A stretch of 64,000 bases of DNA from Trichinella spiralis (lineage: Eukaryota). Every line of letters begins with the position of its first letter. Position 1 is the stretch's first letter. The stretch covers positions 9,048,037 through 9,112,036 of the forward strand of contig NW_003526941.1 of NCBI RefSeq assembly GCF_000181795.1, written 5' to 3'. The notes under the pieces were generated by a model, which had not been told where the DNA came from, did not search any database, and worked only from the letters and a program-made list of their open reading frames with translations. Made by a program: the position numbers and the translations under genes. Shown here piece after piece: positions 28,800-43,587 of this stretch.

Positions 28800-31682
28800 T
28801 TATAATACAAATTGCAACAATGCACAAAACATCACCTTATATAAAGATGTGAAACCAGGCATACTCAGTTCATTTTCTCCTTTTGGATTTCCCTTTCTTT
28901 TTCAATTTTCTCTTTCCCTTTTTCAGATTCTTTTTCAATTTCCCACGAGATTGTCTTGCTTTTGATTTCGTCGTGTAGACAAATTTCGGCTTCTTCAAAT
29001 CCACATTCACCAAAGCTGCATCGACTGCACTTTCCGGAAGATAAACTGTAGTAGCATCTGAATCAAGTAAAAATAATAAATTATATATTATTATTCAGAA
29101 GAGTAGACCGAATTATTTTACCATCATTTGCTGCACTTTTCATATTAAACGATGGATATTTCGAAAGAGTCTTTACATTACGATTCAATTCGTCAAGATG
29201 GGCTGAAAGTTGTCGTTTCAAATGATCAATTCGACTTTTCACATTACGTTCATTTTCTTCTCTTCTAAATATGAGTAAAAACACTTATAAATAGCTATAA
29301 TATTTATAAATATTTATGAACAACGCATACGCATCATTTTGCAATACATCTTCGTCTAGAATAATGTCGGTTTCTTTGGCAGCTTTTTGAAACCAATTTT
29401 TTTCAGCGCTAACACCTTTTCGCCTGTGCTCTAGTGATTCTAATTCGCTTGTTATTCGTACCAGCTTGGAATAGAATTTCATCAGTTCAAAATCGACCGG
29501 AAATACTGGCAAATCTTTCCCTAGGAAAATTACATTAAATTAAATTAGAAATAAATTCACAAAACCTGCATCCAATTACCACGTTTTAATGTTTTGCAAA
29601 CGCGGCGAAAATTATTCACATCTTGCTTGTCGACAAGCATCAAGCTGAGACCTCTTTGATTCAGCCGAGCCGTACGTCCACTGCGATGTATGTAAGTCTG
29701 CAAAAGAAAGAAAGCAATGCAACAATTCATTGCAGGAAAATGCAAATTCATCGCAAATTGCTTGAGCAACACAACATCATCCCCTGCTCACCTCGGCAGT
29801 TCTTGGCACTTGATAATGAACAACGTGTTGCACATTTTTGATATCCAATCCTCTGGCTGCGACATCAGTAGCGACCAAAACGGTGTTGTCATTGTCTGAA
29901 AGTTTGATCACAATTAAATACTTCTACAAAATTATACAAATTATATTAAAAAAATTTTTTTACTTGTAAAATTTTCCAAATTCGACAAACGCTTCTTCTG
30001 ATTCACATCCGCGTGCAAAAAATAAACTTTAAATTTCAGCAATGATAATAAATTTTTCAATCGACGGACGCAGTTGACACTGTTTGCAAAAATTAAAGTA
30101 CGTCCCGGATAATGGCGCAAAAAATAATACAAACTTGTATCCTGAAACATTTTTCAAATGAAATTTTTTTAAAAAAAATATATATAACCAATTACTTTCA
30201 TTTCTAATGTGCTACAAAATAAACAAGATTCGACCAATGAACTGGAAAGACCATGCTTTGATGATAAATCGATCACTTTTCTCTTCGGGCGCATCGATAA
30301 AAATGATATCAAATTTTCTACAACACATCATCAAATTTTCAATATACATGCAAATTTTTTTTGAAATTGCTATAAATATTAAACTAACCTATTTTTTCTT
30401 CAGGTGACAGTGGTTTTGCATTTGCTTTCGACAGAAGACGATTCGGCATTGGGTGAACGAATGAAAGCGTGGCCGAAAAGACCAACGTCTGCCGTTTTCT
30501 GATTGCATTTTCATCTCTGAAATAATATTCAACAAATTCACACTTTCAAAACAATAAACCAACACAAATAAATTACCCATTTAAAAATTCAAGCAACTGA
30601 GAAAATTCTGCGAAATTCTGCTTTTCTGCCATTCGATCAATTTCGTCAATAACTAAGTATTTAATTTTATGCAAATTTTCAAGTCCTTCACAGTCCTACA
30701 AGTATGAATAATAAAAAAGAAAGGAAATCAAATACTGCTGCACTCACCTCTGAAATCAAAGCCCACAATCTTCCTGGAGTGGCAATAACAATATCTGGAT
30801 CATCCTTCAATAGGCGTTGTTGTTTCTGTACGGAAAGGCCTCCTGTAGCTGTAGTTAACTAAAATCTTCATTTCTTCATTTTTATTATTTTAAAACTATT
30901 ATTATTATCATACTTTCAGATTTGTATATTTCATTATACTACTCAAATGATCTTTTATTTGAATAGCCAATTCTCTGGTGGGTGTAAGAATCAGTGCAGA
31001 AGGATGAATTTGAGAATCGGAATTTTCAGACAACAAGCCAGCGATAACAGGAATGCCAAATGCCAAAGTTTTTCCACTTCCCTGAAACGAAAATCAAATC
31101 AAATCAAATCATATGAATGAATAAAAATAAAATATTTTTTTTTAATATGCACCGTTTCTGCAGCTCCTAAAATGTCAAGACGATCACGTATTGCCGGAGG
31201 AAGGCACAATGCTTGAATTGGTGTCGGTTCAAAATATTCCAAATCGTCCAACGCATGAAGAATTTCTTCCGGTACAAACAGCTCTTGCCATTTCTTTAAC
31301 TTCTTTCCGGGGACATAATTTTCATCAACTGAAACAATCAACAAACAATTATGAAAAATAATGCAAACAAACGCAAATCATAAACAAACAATTCATTTAA
31401 CTTTACATGCAAAATCACTTCAAGGCAATATTTACCGGATTCAAAAGATTCCAATTTACTCTTTTTCCCACTTGCTTCTTGCTTATCAATTATTGCACGG
31501 CTCTGCTTATTTTTAAGCTTACGCTTCTTACTTGTATTCTTCTTATCATTGATTGTCGTTGATTTCAAACAAGTGTAATCTGTTATCTCTTCAAAATCGG
31601 TAAGAAAATCAAACGTTTCATCTGTAGATTTTATTGAAATTTCATCAGGCAAATTCGATTTCTTCTTCTTCTTCGTTTTCAT
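28800..31682 (-). CDS. DDX24: DEAD-box RNA helicase DDX24/Mak5, multi-exon (3' end approximate)
   Basis: [88 protein letters not shown], and a C-terminal WFQKAAKE. Confidence 0.9.
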
Positions 31683-33950
31683 TCAAATTCTATTCAGTTG
31701 AAAGAATCTAAAATTTCAAAATGCAAATTAGTACATTAATAACACATTCTGAAAATTAAAAAGCTTTTGCTCGTTTTTATTTCGGTTATACCTATAATGC
31801 TATAGTTTTACCTATTATAAGCATAAGAAAAGAACATTACATGACATTTAAGCGAACTGTTCGATTAATTCAGAAAAACAAATATGTGAAACATGAAATT
31901 AAAAAAAATAACCAATCAAAAATACAAAATTTCCAATCAATCAAATGTAATTCAAGATCAATTTACTTAAAAAATGTTTTTTTTTCAAATCTGAATCGAA
32001 CTACTTGAAAATAATTCCTAATGTGCGAATGTGAAGCTTATGTTGCATTTTAAAGGTTACTTTGCATGACAATCAGGATTTATTAACAATTTATTCACGT
32101 AAATGAACAACGGCTTTCCTAAACAATTTCACTTTTATTCTTTTGTGAAACAAAGCTTTTAATGAATAAAGCAAAATAAGCTATAAAATATTCAAGTTTA
32201 AATAAATAAATAGTACTGTTCTTTGATAATGTTTAACAAAGTAGTACGGAAAATTGTATAATTTTATGATAATAACATCAGTCTAGTAATCGAATAAATG
32301 AATAGTTTCTATAAATTCATTTTTCTATAAAGGCATTACTTTAACAAACACATGCCAATAAACACTTACAATGGGTTTAAATGTATGCCACGGAAGCATT
32401 TTTTGTTATTAATGATTTTCAAGTTTAATCGTCGTAACTACTGCAATATTATGAACGCTATTAAATGTTTTCAATTATTATAAAAAATAAAATTGTAAAG
32501 GTGTACTTCATAATTTTGTTCCAATTCAAAATAGAGATTTTATCATATTCTTGGTAATACAGTAATTTTGTATACTGAAAAAACATTATCATATAATTTT
32601 TTCAGCAATTGCAACATTACATTTGTAAATAGTTTTGCATTACTAATTTGTATTAATATTTGTTTTTCATGTATAAATTTTAAAATTGCAATTGAATGCT
32701 ACGTAATGTTAATAGGAAATTTGGTTGCATACTGTAGATTTGCGTAGTGCCAGTTAAATTCAGCCCTATGTGATTGATGCTTCTAATGATTGCTCGTAAA
32801 GTTAATTTTAAGAAATGAAAATTCAATTGTTGTTGCAGCAAAGAAAAGTATTTCTATTTTTGTACATTGTAAGCTTCAGAAATTGCGTAACTTCTTCAAT
32901 GATATTCCTGTTGAACTTCGCTTCCTTGTTTGATCTATTCTCTTCATAAATATTTCAATGGTCAGCTAGGTAAAAAAGTTTTCAATTTTTAGCTTTTCGA
33001 ATTGATTCACTTTATTTTGTTTTTGTTTCTTCTCCAACATATGATGCGGTAAATCATATTTTTTACTTTGCTAAATGAAATGTTGCTGTTTTTTTGATAC
33101 TACGTGTTCTTTTGACAAAATGCCAACTAATTTTGCATTGGCAACAGTGATTTTATGCTATAAATTTGTCTATTGTTAGTTGGATATGTTTGCAATTTAT
33201 GATTGTATTTGAATAGTGCTTGCCATTCAGCTTTCAGTTTAGTCAGAGTTGCACATTGAAAGTGAACAGTTGTGAAATTTCCACTTCTCAGTGGTTTGTT
33301 CGGTGGTTATAGTACATTTCAACATTTGCCATTTCTTGCATATATTGATTGTTGCAAATGGCACTTGAATATATTGTTTGAAAATTTTAATCCATAAACA
33401 TGAAAAATTGAAAAAGTTGCTAGCTAATAATATGAGCTAAGTTGCAGCACTGTTTGTTGTTTCAATGACAGTGTGACGTTGATATTTTATTAATTTCACG
33501 ATGCCTGTTTGGTTTTTTTGATTTCTTAGTTAATTAGTTGCTATTTATAATGGTGGCGCTTATTTTTGAAGCTTTCAGTGAAAATGAGTTTGGCGGATGG
33601 CGGCGTTTGATTGTTTTTGATTAATTGTTCATTTGAAAGGGGTTGTGTTTATTACGTTTTGAAAACAGGGTTCGCGTGTTGTGAAATTTAGCCCCATTTT
33701 CGGTCGTTTTCTGTATTGTATTCTGTCTGTATTGGTCGACGGCGTGTGATTATTGCGTGTGAAGAGTGCGCGAGCGAAAGTTTGTCGGAAAATTATTTAA
33801 AAAAAAATTTTTCCAAAGGTGGCAGCCGGATAACCAATCAGTTCGGCCAGGCGGCTAGTTGATTGTTTGTGTGATAGCAGTTGAGGTTTTTCAGCAAAAA
33901 TTAGCTCCTTGGACGGCTAGTAGCGGTGTTGGGCCGCGCACAAGCAACCG

Positions 33951-36900
33951 ATGAACGCGTCCGGTGATCGTAGCCTGCAACAGGCGTTGCTTATGCCGAT
34001 GAACGAGGTGGATTTGAAATGGCCGCCGGCCGTGTCCGGTGAATCGTCGGTGTCCAGTCACAACGGTGATTCGACCAGAGTGAACAGCACTGACGAGAAT
34101 AAGCTGTCGGTGATGGAATTCACTTCCACCACTGCCGAAGTGGCTCCAACGAGAAGTACAGTTCCGCAGGTAAAACGAACAATTTACCCCTTAAAATATG
34201 CCGTTGATCGATTGCACAAAATTGCAACGCTGTCGAATGATTAATTTGTTTTTTACTTCTTCTTCATTTAATTTCAACCACTTACTTGCTTGCATTCATA
34301 CTGTATGTACCATTGACAAATGACATTTTTATAAATTGTTTTCTTTTCAAAGTAATGTTTCAATTGAATTATAAGTTCATCAAAATTGCAAAAGTGTTTG
34401 TTATTTGTCGACGCATGTGATAAAGTATATAGGAAGTGAAGTTTTGTCGACAGATTATCGTTTGTTTGTTTGTTTGTTTGTTGATTTTTTGTTTTCTAGT
34501 CGGTCGCCACAGTAGCGAGCCGAAATGTTGTTTTGCCAAATTTGGATTCATTTGCCCAGTTTGATTCGAAAAACGACACTGAACAGTCGTCCGATTTGAC
34601 TTCGACGCTGCTCTACGAGTCGGACCAGTTCGCGCATGGCAAAGAACGACGAAGCTATTCGGGAAGCAGCTTGTGTCTGAGCAGCGAGCAACAGCGCCAT
34701 GTTCTCGCCGAGCCGGCTTATCAACGGTCGCGTTTGATGTCGTTTCCGGCCGGCTTGGGTGTGGGCGTGGCCGGTGGTTTGGCCAGTGGAAGGGGCGTCG
34801 TTGACAATGGTTCGGCGTCGTTGTGTTTGCCGTTCTACACGCCGACGGTGGGTCGGTTCGATCCGACGGGTCCGTCGTTGGTAATTGACGACGACGACGC
34901 CGTCGTCGGCGCAAACGCCGCCAGTAGCGGTAGCGGTGGCGGCGGAGGCGGCGGTTCGGCCACGGCGTCGGATTTGGATTTTTTCCTCTTGCCACCGGCA
35001 TCCGGCAGTGGAGGCGGCGCGGTATCGGAAGCCGAACTCGGTTTGTTGGGTTTTGATTTTGGTGCGACTCAGAATTTCGACTTGGTCGACATGGGCGACT
35101 GCGACAACAGTACGAAAGTGAAAAGCGACCGCAAGCGTCACATGACCGCGCCGTGTTCGTTGCTTTCCAATCCGCAACGACCGACCACGACCACGACAAC
35201 AAACCACCCTCAACAACAACAACAACAACCTCAGCAATCTCAAGCTCAAATTCAACCTCAGCAACAGCAACGACGAAGAAGCCGCGGCAAGCCGGACAGT
35301 ATTTTTTCACTGTTGAGAAAAAACGGCATGACCGACGGCTCGCAGTGGAGTCGCGCGCGTTCCTATTCCCTGCGCCACATCGACTCGCAGCCGTTGGCAG
35401 CCGCCGGCGCGAAAGGCAAATCGGACGAGTCGTTGCAACGCGCCGGCGCCGGCTCGTCGGCTGCTCCCAGCCGTCGCAATAGTCGTTCGTCGGCGGCGAC
35501 GTCGGCGTCCAAATTCAAACCGTTGCCGTTGGTCATTCCGCCGCACGTTTTCTTCAACCGTTTCCAAAGTCAACTCCGTTCGCCGACAATTTCCGAAAGC
35601 AGCTTCGCGTCGATATTCGGCGTGCCGGCGCGCACCCCGTACACGCCGCCGCCGATTCTCAGCCCTCTGCGCAAAGGCTCGGGTTTGTTTTGTCGCGTTC
35701 ACCGGCCTTGCCCGGCGCAGCCGAAAAGCGCACCGGCGACCGGCTTCGGCCGCGAATCGTTTTGGGACAATCCGAATTTGAACGCGCTCATCGCTGCCGC
35801 CGGCTATACAACCAGCGATTGCGTCAGTCCCGCTATCCCATCACCGCCCGATTCGCCCGTCAAAACGGATTCTCTACCGTAAGATTTATCACAATTAATA
35901 TATTTTCATTGCACGTATTTTTGTTTCGCATTCATTGTTTTATTTTTACAATCCAAATTTTTACAGCCATATCAACGTTGGCAACGAATATCAAGCTGTC
36001 ATTCCACCGATGGATTGTACGAATTGTTTATTGTTGTTGTTGTTCGTTTATTGATTTTTATTTTTCCACTAGTATCGATGGATGATAAGCCGGAAGATCG
36101 TGAAACTCTCGTTTTTGATCCGAAATGTTTGGAAAATGTCACCGATGCTGAATGTACGTATAAAAAAAAATTTCCATTTTCAAATATTATTTATTATTCG
36201 ATTTTTCTTTTCTTTTTAGTAAACGCTTTGTTGAAATTGGCTAACAGTCCGGCAGTTTTAGGCGGCGGCTTGAATTCTGAACTGGCTTGGCACTTGTTGT
36301 ACGACTGCGGTGGCAATGTCAAAGTGTGTGAACATTGTTCTTGTTGTTTTTAACATATTTTTAATTAAGGAAGCAGCGTTGCGTCTACTCAACTCTGAAA
36401 ATCCATTTCCAGAAGGACATCCATTACATTCGTGCAATTATCCAGGTGAATTTGATTCAAAAAAGAATAACAGTATTATATCAATTTTTCCTGTCGCTTT
36501 CGCTCAGATGTACACATGTGGTCACCGGAAGAAATTGAAACTTTCGAAACGGCATTGTTAAAATTTGACAAAGATTTCAACGAGATCTCGAAAAAAGTAT
36601 TACATGAAATATCAATTATTGCTTTATTTTATTTTTTGCTTTTCTGAATTTTAGGTGAAAACAAAGTCCGTTCAGCAGTGCATTTCGTTTTATTATTCTT
36701 GGAAAACGCTTTTCAAAAAAAGTTACAGAAAATATCGACGAACAAAACAACAACGCGAATACCTCGAACTGGGCATGAAGCGATCGTTGAGAAGCTGTTC
36801 GCCGGCGGCGGTCGAACAAAATTCAAATTCTACTTCCGGTTCCGTTGCCATGGCAACCAGTGCTGAAGTGACCAACGCCGGTACCGGCACCGGCACTCCA

Positions 36901-37292
36901 ACAATTGGCAACGCCAAGGGCACATCTCCGACTGTTTCGGAAACCGTCGTCGTTCCCACACTGTCCGTCACTGCGATGGAAGTTGAACAGCAACAGAAAA
37001 AGCTGCAGCAGCCTCATTGCAGCAGCAACAACAATAGCAACGGCGCCGTTGGCGCAACTGCTGCCGGCAGCGCCGATATTTACGTCTCGCCCATTCATTT
37101 CTCTTGTAAATTCTGCGGCAAGTAAGCAACCGACACTATTCTATTATACGTAAAGAAACTTTTATTTAGCTGCTGTTGCTATTTTATTACTTGTTTTTTT
37201 CAAGGGTTTTCTCAAAAGTGAAAAGTCGAAACGCTCACATGAAAGTTCACTATCGTGATTTGAGGGAACATCCTCCTCCATCCACTTCGTGA
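33951..37292 (+). CDS. ELM2-SANT-C2H2 transcriptional corepressor (SAEG-1/TRERF1/MIDEAS family), multi-exon
   Basis: Family motif YTPPPILSPLRKGSGLF; ELM2 start HINVGNEYQAVIP; SANT WSPEEIETFETALLKFDKDFNEISKKVKTKSVQQCISFYYSWK; zinc finger CKFCGKVFSKVKSRNAHMKVH. Confidence 0.88.
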
Positions 37293-38388
37293 TGATTGAA
37301 ATTCACAATTCTTCCGCTTGTACATATTGTTTGTTTGCCTCGCTTGTTCTGTTGACAACTGACATCCTCTTTTTTTTCCTCGATCATTTTTTCTCAGGTT
37401 ATACACTATTTTACCTAGAATATATATATTTTTTTTGGGCGAAATTTATCCTTTTCTCTATCTATCTGTTCGACGACGTTCGCCTACTGTGCTTAAAAAA
37501 ACTGCTTGCTTATTTTTCCTGCCTCCTGACCACCGTATATTATTATGCTTGTTTGTTTGTTTATTTGTTTGTTTTTGCCTCTCCATCCCTTTTATCGCAG
37601 TTGCGCGCGCGTTCCAGTCACCAACTCTCAATTACGCCCACGCACCACCACCACAACAAAAGGGTCCGCTGTTTTGATGAAACAGTTTATCGAAAAAGAA
37701 GAAGAATCAAGTTTTGTTCTTTTTTTTTCTTTTTACCTCACCGCAACAAGCAGAAAATATCAGGAGAGACGGAAAAGAAGAAGTTTATGTTGTTGTTGAC
37801 CGACTGATAATATGGCTAATAATTAGAAGAAACGTCTGGATTTGTTTCTTGTGGATGAAGAAGATCAAAGCCGCCAAAATACAACAAGTGAAAATCGATT
37901 TTCCGAACGAACAAGAAGTAAATGCTTGCCCGCCTGCCAGCCGGTAGTTACTATCCAGTGACAGTTGCTTTTTTCTTAAAAATAAATTTTATTTCATTTT
38001 ACTTTACTGCTTTAAGACGACAAATTAAAAAGCAGAACAGTCATTTTTTCCATCCTTCTTCCATTCATTCATTGTTGTGATTAATTTTTATTTCACTGTG
38101 TATTATTTTATTTATTATATATAGAGCAGCAGCAGCAGCAGCAGTTACTAGTGATAAAGTGGTGCAGAGAGAATATGCAAACTAAAAACTAATTTCAAGA
38201 AAGCTTCTTTTCTGCCAGAGAAAAACATCCACGAACGAGTGAGTAGAAGAATAATAAAGATATTACAGTACACAGTTAGAGAAGAAGAAAATTTAAAAAT
38301 TTCACGTTATATCAATGCACCGAAACTACAGTAGTAATTAGTGATGAAAATGATGTGTATATTAAAAAAAAACAGATTACTTTTTTCT

Positions 38389-41300
38389 TTAAATTTCTCT
38401 TCCTAATCGAGTAAGCTGAAAGAAAGAAGACACAAATGAGAAATGAATTTTCAATTTTGTTTTCAAACCTGGGAAAGAAACTGACACCCGTTGACAAGCT
38501 CTGTGCAACCGTAGATGATGCGACGGGATTTTCTATATTCGACCAGATTCTGGTATTCGGCGTACGTACCGCCACCAATCATAAACACTATGGTATCGTT
38601 GAAGGAAGTTTTGCTTTTCTGTTGTTGCCTGTCAAAAAAACCCTTTCTTTCAGATGAAGATGGTTCAGCAGATGAACAACAACAACAAACAAACAAACAT
38701 CAGTGCACTTCTTACCCCTGCGGTGCATATGCAACTGAAGTTTTGTACAACTTTGGATCGAATTGCAAATAACCGTCCACTTCTGGATTATTTTTCATCT
38801 CCATGATCGCGTCGACAATGCCAGTCAGAGGTAAGTTCTTGAAAAAACAATAAAATTGAAAAATACAAACAAACAAACAGTAAACAAAGCAAAGATATAC
38901 CCGTTTTGGAATGACCAAATTTTTCACTCCTTCCATGATAAACTGCGAGCTCTGGCTGAGTAACTTGCTGAACATGTTGACCGTTTTCATACCACCACCA
39001 GAATACTGATCCGAAGTAGCGTTCGAAGAAAACTGCCTGCACAAACAGACAAGCATGAAACTTAATTTCATTGTAAATATATTTATTTATTAATAAAGTT
39101 AAACTCACTTGACCCGTTTCAAATATTTGAACGCGGATACATCGCAGTCGATTGATTCCAACGCTTGCATCAACTGCCCAACTTCATTCTACAACAAAAA
39201 CCACACCAGCTTATTAAAAATATACATATATACACAGTGCAGAAAAAACCATTTCACACAACCTCTGACATGTCGGTGCATAAATATTTGATCAAAGCAA
39301 TGCGCATCTTGTCTTCGGCAGAGCCACATTCTACATCCTTGATCATGTCGATCACCGATCGTTCAGTAGCTTGTTTATTCATTATTTTCTCTTCAGCTTC
39401 GAAAAACACGTCCAACTTGCGACACTGAAAAATTAATACATCACAAATAAGCGAGCAAAATTTGAATGAGAAAAATCACCTTGATCTGTTCCAGAACAGC
39501 CGTAGCAATGTTGGTGTGCATGTCAATCAGACGCTTGTGTTCCAATAATTCCGGCAGAGATTTGACAGTGGAAGTCAGTTCAGCCGTGTTATCGGTCAAC
39601 AAAGAAATCGTCTCGTCGGTCTCGCCATCCAAACCCTGACTTGCGTATGCAAATTTCAAAACAAACAAACAAACAAGCAAAAACAATTACCATAGAATGT
39701 TTCAATTTACGAATATCTTCTTCTTTCGCGCGATAAGATTCAAGCTCTTCTTGTATTGCTTCGGCAACGGTTGGAAATGGACTGCAACAGTGAAATGGGA
39801 AAAAAAATTAATAAAACTGATGATGATGAACTTTAAAAATACATCATCATCCGTTTGCGAAACGTACTTTCCTTTCTGAGCAATCCAGAATTTGTCATTC
39901 ACATTGATGTCCAATTCTTTTGCTTTGTTCGCTGAATTAGCATCGAGTTTGACACGATTCAACTGAAAAGGCTGAACAAAAAAAAAGCGGAGCGTGGGAA
40001 AAGAGATGCATCAACAAATAAACAACTAGATTTCAAAAATTCTCACCAGAACTTCATTGATCAAAGCTTGATAGGTCCAAGTGTGATGCAACGGTGTGGT
40101 AAGGTCCAAACTGCGGTCGCAGATGATCAGCACTGGCCGTTGAAAGCTGTACAACGAGGATCGCAATCCTTCATCAGTGAACAAACTGTTACGCCCGTCG
40201 AGCAAGCTGTCTCGAATTTTGGTGTTCAATTTCTGCAAATAGTCGATGATGGAAAATTTAAATAAATTAATAAATAATTTCAACCCCGGCAACAAGTTCA
40301 GCGGCGTTGCCGCGTGGGCATCGTATATACGGCACGGCACCGAGCGTGACGCACACGGAAAACAGACCGTCCACAATTGCATTCACAATTTCTTCCATCG
40401 CACCGCTGTCCACTTGTGGTCTGTTTATCGCTGAATACCACGAACCATGTAAGCATAAGTGAATACCAATAAACACAACAATTTACCATAGAAAGATAAT
40501 GGATTTTCGTCAGTGTATTTTTTCAAAACAAACAGATCATCTTCGAGCGAGATAAACGATAAATACTGATCGAACACCTGAACAACAAACACTACAAACC
40601 AATCAACACTATTCATTATTGTTGAGTACTTTTTGAATTTGTGAAACTGAATTCGTCTCAACTGCTACAGTAGCTACATCTTCCAACAGAGGACGGCTGA
40701 GAGGAGATATGAAATTCAAATAATAACTTTCGTACATTCCTCCAGCAAGATCCTAGATGTTGAATTTTCTGAAAAAAAATAGAATACAAAGTCACCAACT
40801 CACTTTGCACAAAAGATCGATCGATTCTCTGATGGGCATGATAAAATAAATGCACGGTACTTCAGGAAGTGATTGCCGTTGACTGGACAACAATCTATAA
40901 TCAAATTTACCCAAATGTCAAAATACTACTTGAAATTCTTCATAAATACAAAATCTTCACAGTATTTCAAAGAAATTCATATGGAATATGCATCACTTTT
41001 AAACAAACCACAAAGTTCATTCAACTGAACAATATCATTAACACTATTGCAGCTTGCATTCTTTTAAATGCACTTATTGTTAATATATTCACCTGTGTTC
41101 ACATATGTTGTTCACAAATATGTAAAATGTAAAGCAAATCAAACTCATCATATCAACTACCTGTTGAACAACAACATGCTGCTTGATCTATTCTTTCTTC
41201 AAAATAAACAAGCTTGATTCAATTTAAAGAAACGAATGTTTCAATAATTTACAGAAAAATAAAATATTGCGTGCCAGAAACAAAAGAAAAGAAACATTTC

Positions 41301-41737
41301 CGTAGTATACTAATAAATTGCAAAGAATAAAGTTATTCATCATGCAGCTATTCAAACAGAACAGGTAGCTGATTTAACTTACAAGTGCAACGTTACACCA
41401 CATTCACGAAGCTCTTTCACACTAATCAGTGGCGACAAAATGTCCATTCCAGCCTTATCATAAATTAGCACTTTCCAGTATGGTTCATGAGCAACAGATT
41501 CAGTTAATGGACGATTGAAATTTAATATCTGTTTCAAAACACCTGTAACAATGAATCGTTTATAACAACATATGGATGTATAATTAAACATTCATAAATT
41601 GAATAAGCAGATCATATAAAATTGCGAGAGGAAAGAAAAACAGAACAAAAACTCAAAGTATACTTCGTGACAGTATAAAAACGTTTACCTAGCTGTTGAG
41701 AACGGAGTGTGGGTGTTTGCATCGTTGGCAAAGACAT
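38389..41737 (-). CDS. SCFD1: Sec1-family protein Sly1/SCFD1, multi-exon
   Basis: WKVLIYDKAGMDILSPLISVKELRECGVTLHL, FDQYLSFISLEDDLF, SFQRPVLIICDRSLDLTTPLHHTWTYQAL, LPELLEHKRLIDMHTNIAT, IVFMIGGGTYAEYQNL. Confidence 0.96.
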
Positions 41738-42213
41738 CTTGAATCAAAACTCGGAATACGAAATCAGTCGATAAACACCGCACGCCCTCCTGAAACCAAA
41801 AATGCAAAAAAACTTCTATTCTCATCGAACTGAATTTGAGCAAAACAAAAAAATTTGAAATATAATGTTCATAATTTGCTTGACAAACTTGTTATTATGA
41901 ATTCAGTCAAAAATGATTAAAAAATATTACACCCCACTTTTGAGTAAAATGGGAACCTGAAATTAATATATTCTTTTGCGAAAATTAAAAAATACAACAA
42001 CTTCCATACTTATCTACGAAGAAAAATAACTCATACAGTATTATGACACAAACTGTGACAAGACGACAAATGGCAGTCTCTGCTACAGTATACAGCAAAT
42101 ATCTTCAAAAAGACAGAAAGAAGAGCGGATAGTCAAGTTTTTATTCTTTACAGTACGTAATTAATACTAATTTTTAAAATTATATTTTAAAATTCAACAA
42201 TTTTTTTCAACAT

Positions 42214-43282
42214 TTATTTACTTCGAACAGCACGAATTTTTTCCTTATCAATTATTCGATCAATTTCTTTTTGTTTTTTAGAAAAATAATCTCGAAACCA
42301 AGCAATGTGTTCGTGCTTTCTTTGCACTGTCATGTACGGATTTGTCGATAAGCCCTGCACGACCAGTTCCATAAAGCGACGAACTGGACCATCTTTCGGG
42401 AAACCTTTCTCTAACAGTGGTTCCAAAAAAACATGCTCATAAAATGGATACTCTTTTTCAAACCAAAGGTATTCATTGTCAATCGGATACGGGAACATTT
42501 TCCCTTCCAACGTCCACTGGATCATCTCTTCAAAACCATTTCTCGGCAATGCAGTCGACCTAGCTGATAGTTGTTCCAATTTTTTCCACACTGGAAGAAG
42601 AGGCTTTTCAGTTGTCACTGGATCTTCCTTTTTTGTAAAAATGTTCAATCTTGCGCTTGAATTTTTCTCCAAATTCAACTTCCTAAGTGTATTCACAAAA
42701 GACTTTCGTGGAAAAATCATTCAAGCTCAAAAAACTTACTCCAACATGCCACTGCTTGGAAAAGAAAGTGACGATTGTCTGGTAAATCTTTCAGCTTTGC
42801 GGTATGGCACGTTGCTCTTTGTTGGAGATTCGTCGAAAGTCATTTTGGAAAATAGCTTCTCCAACTGTTCAAATGGCACTGATTTTGGCTGCGATGCTAC
42901 ATTTCCCTCGTGTAATTTATTGTATATTTCCGATTTTGTCTTTTCCACGTCACCACCGAAATTAGATGCAACATCTTCAACTGCATATTCGACAGCGGTT
43001 TTCTTAATCTTCTCCACTGGCTTCTTAGTCTTACCGGGAGTGGATAATTTGAAGCCGATACGTTTTGTACTTTTCTGAGCCAATTCCATGTTATTCAACA
43101 GTTCGCGCAGCAGTTCATTAGTTGATTGCTTTTTGTCACAGAAACCTAATCTTTTAATATTTATTTACATTCAAAGTGACATGACAAATATACAACTACT
43201 TACATCGCGTATAATTCAAATGAGAACAATGCAAAATTGGAGATAGGATTCTTTTTGTGTGAAACCAAAGTTGTTTTGCCAT
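42214..43282 (-). CDS. MRPS31: Mitochondrial ribosomal protein S31 (mS31), 3 exons
   Basis: C-terminal NGFEEMIQWTLEGKMFPYPIDNE...FYEHVFLE...FPKDGPVRRFMELVVQGLSTNPY...KHEHIAWFRDYF. Confidence 0.92.
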
Positions 43283-43587
43283 TCACTTAAAATCACGTAT
43301 CACACATTACACAAATTGAAAAGTATTTCGCTTAATATATTTAAATTTTAACAATTCACGTTAACAATTACACAAACTACAGTAACGAAAAAATCAAGAC
43401 CCGACCAATTTGATTTATTATTTTTGAAAATTTAATTTACTTAAAACATTATACTACAATTTTCTTTTTATAATTTTTACTTTCACTTCTGTTTCTATTG
43501 AAATATATAACTTTCGAACAATACATTGCACTGATATGTTTATTTGTTTTAATCACTGTAATACAGTATAAAAAAAAGTAAACGCGT

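Noticed and set aside
34369..35702. Long antisense ORFs (313, 240 and 131 aa) over the SAEG-1-like exon
   Set aside because: Shadow ORFs of a GC-rich, low-complexity coding exon; no recognisable motifs.
37289..37947. 172-aa hydrophobic ORF after the SAEG-1-like stop
   Set aside because: T-rich 3' UTR-like sequence with simple repeats producing spurious Phe/Leu runs.
42476..43078. 200-aa plus-strand ORF
   Set aside because: Antisense to MRPS31 with no family motifs.
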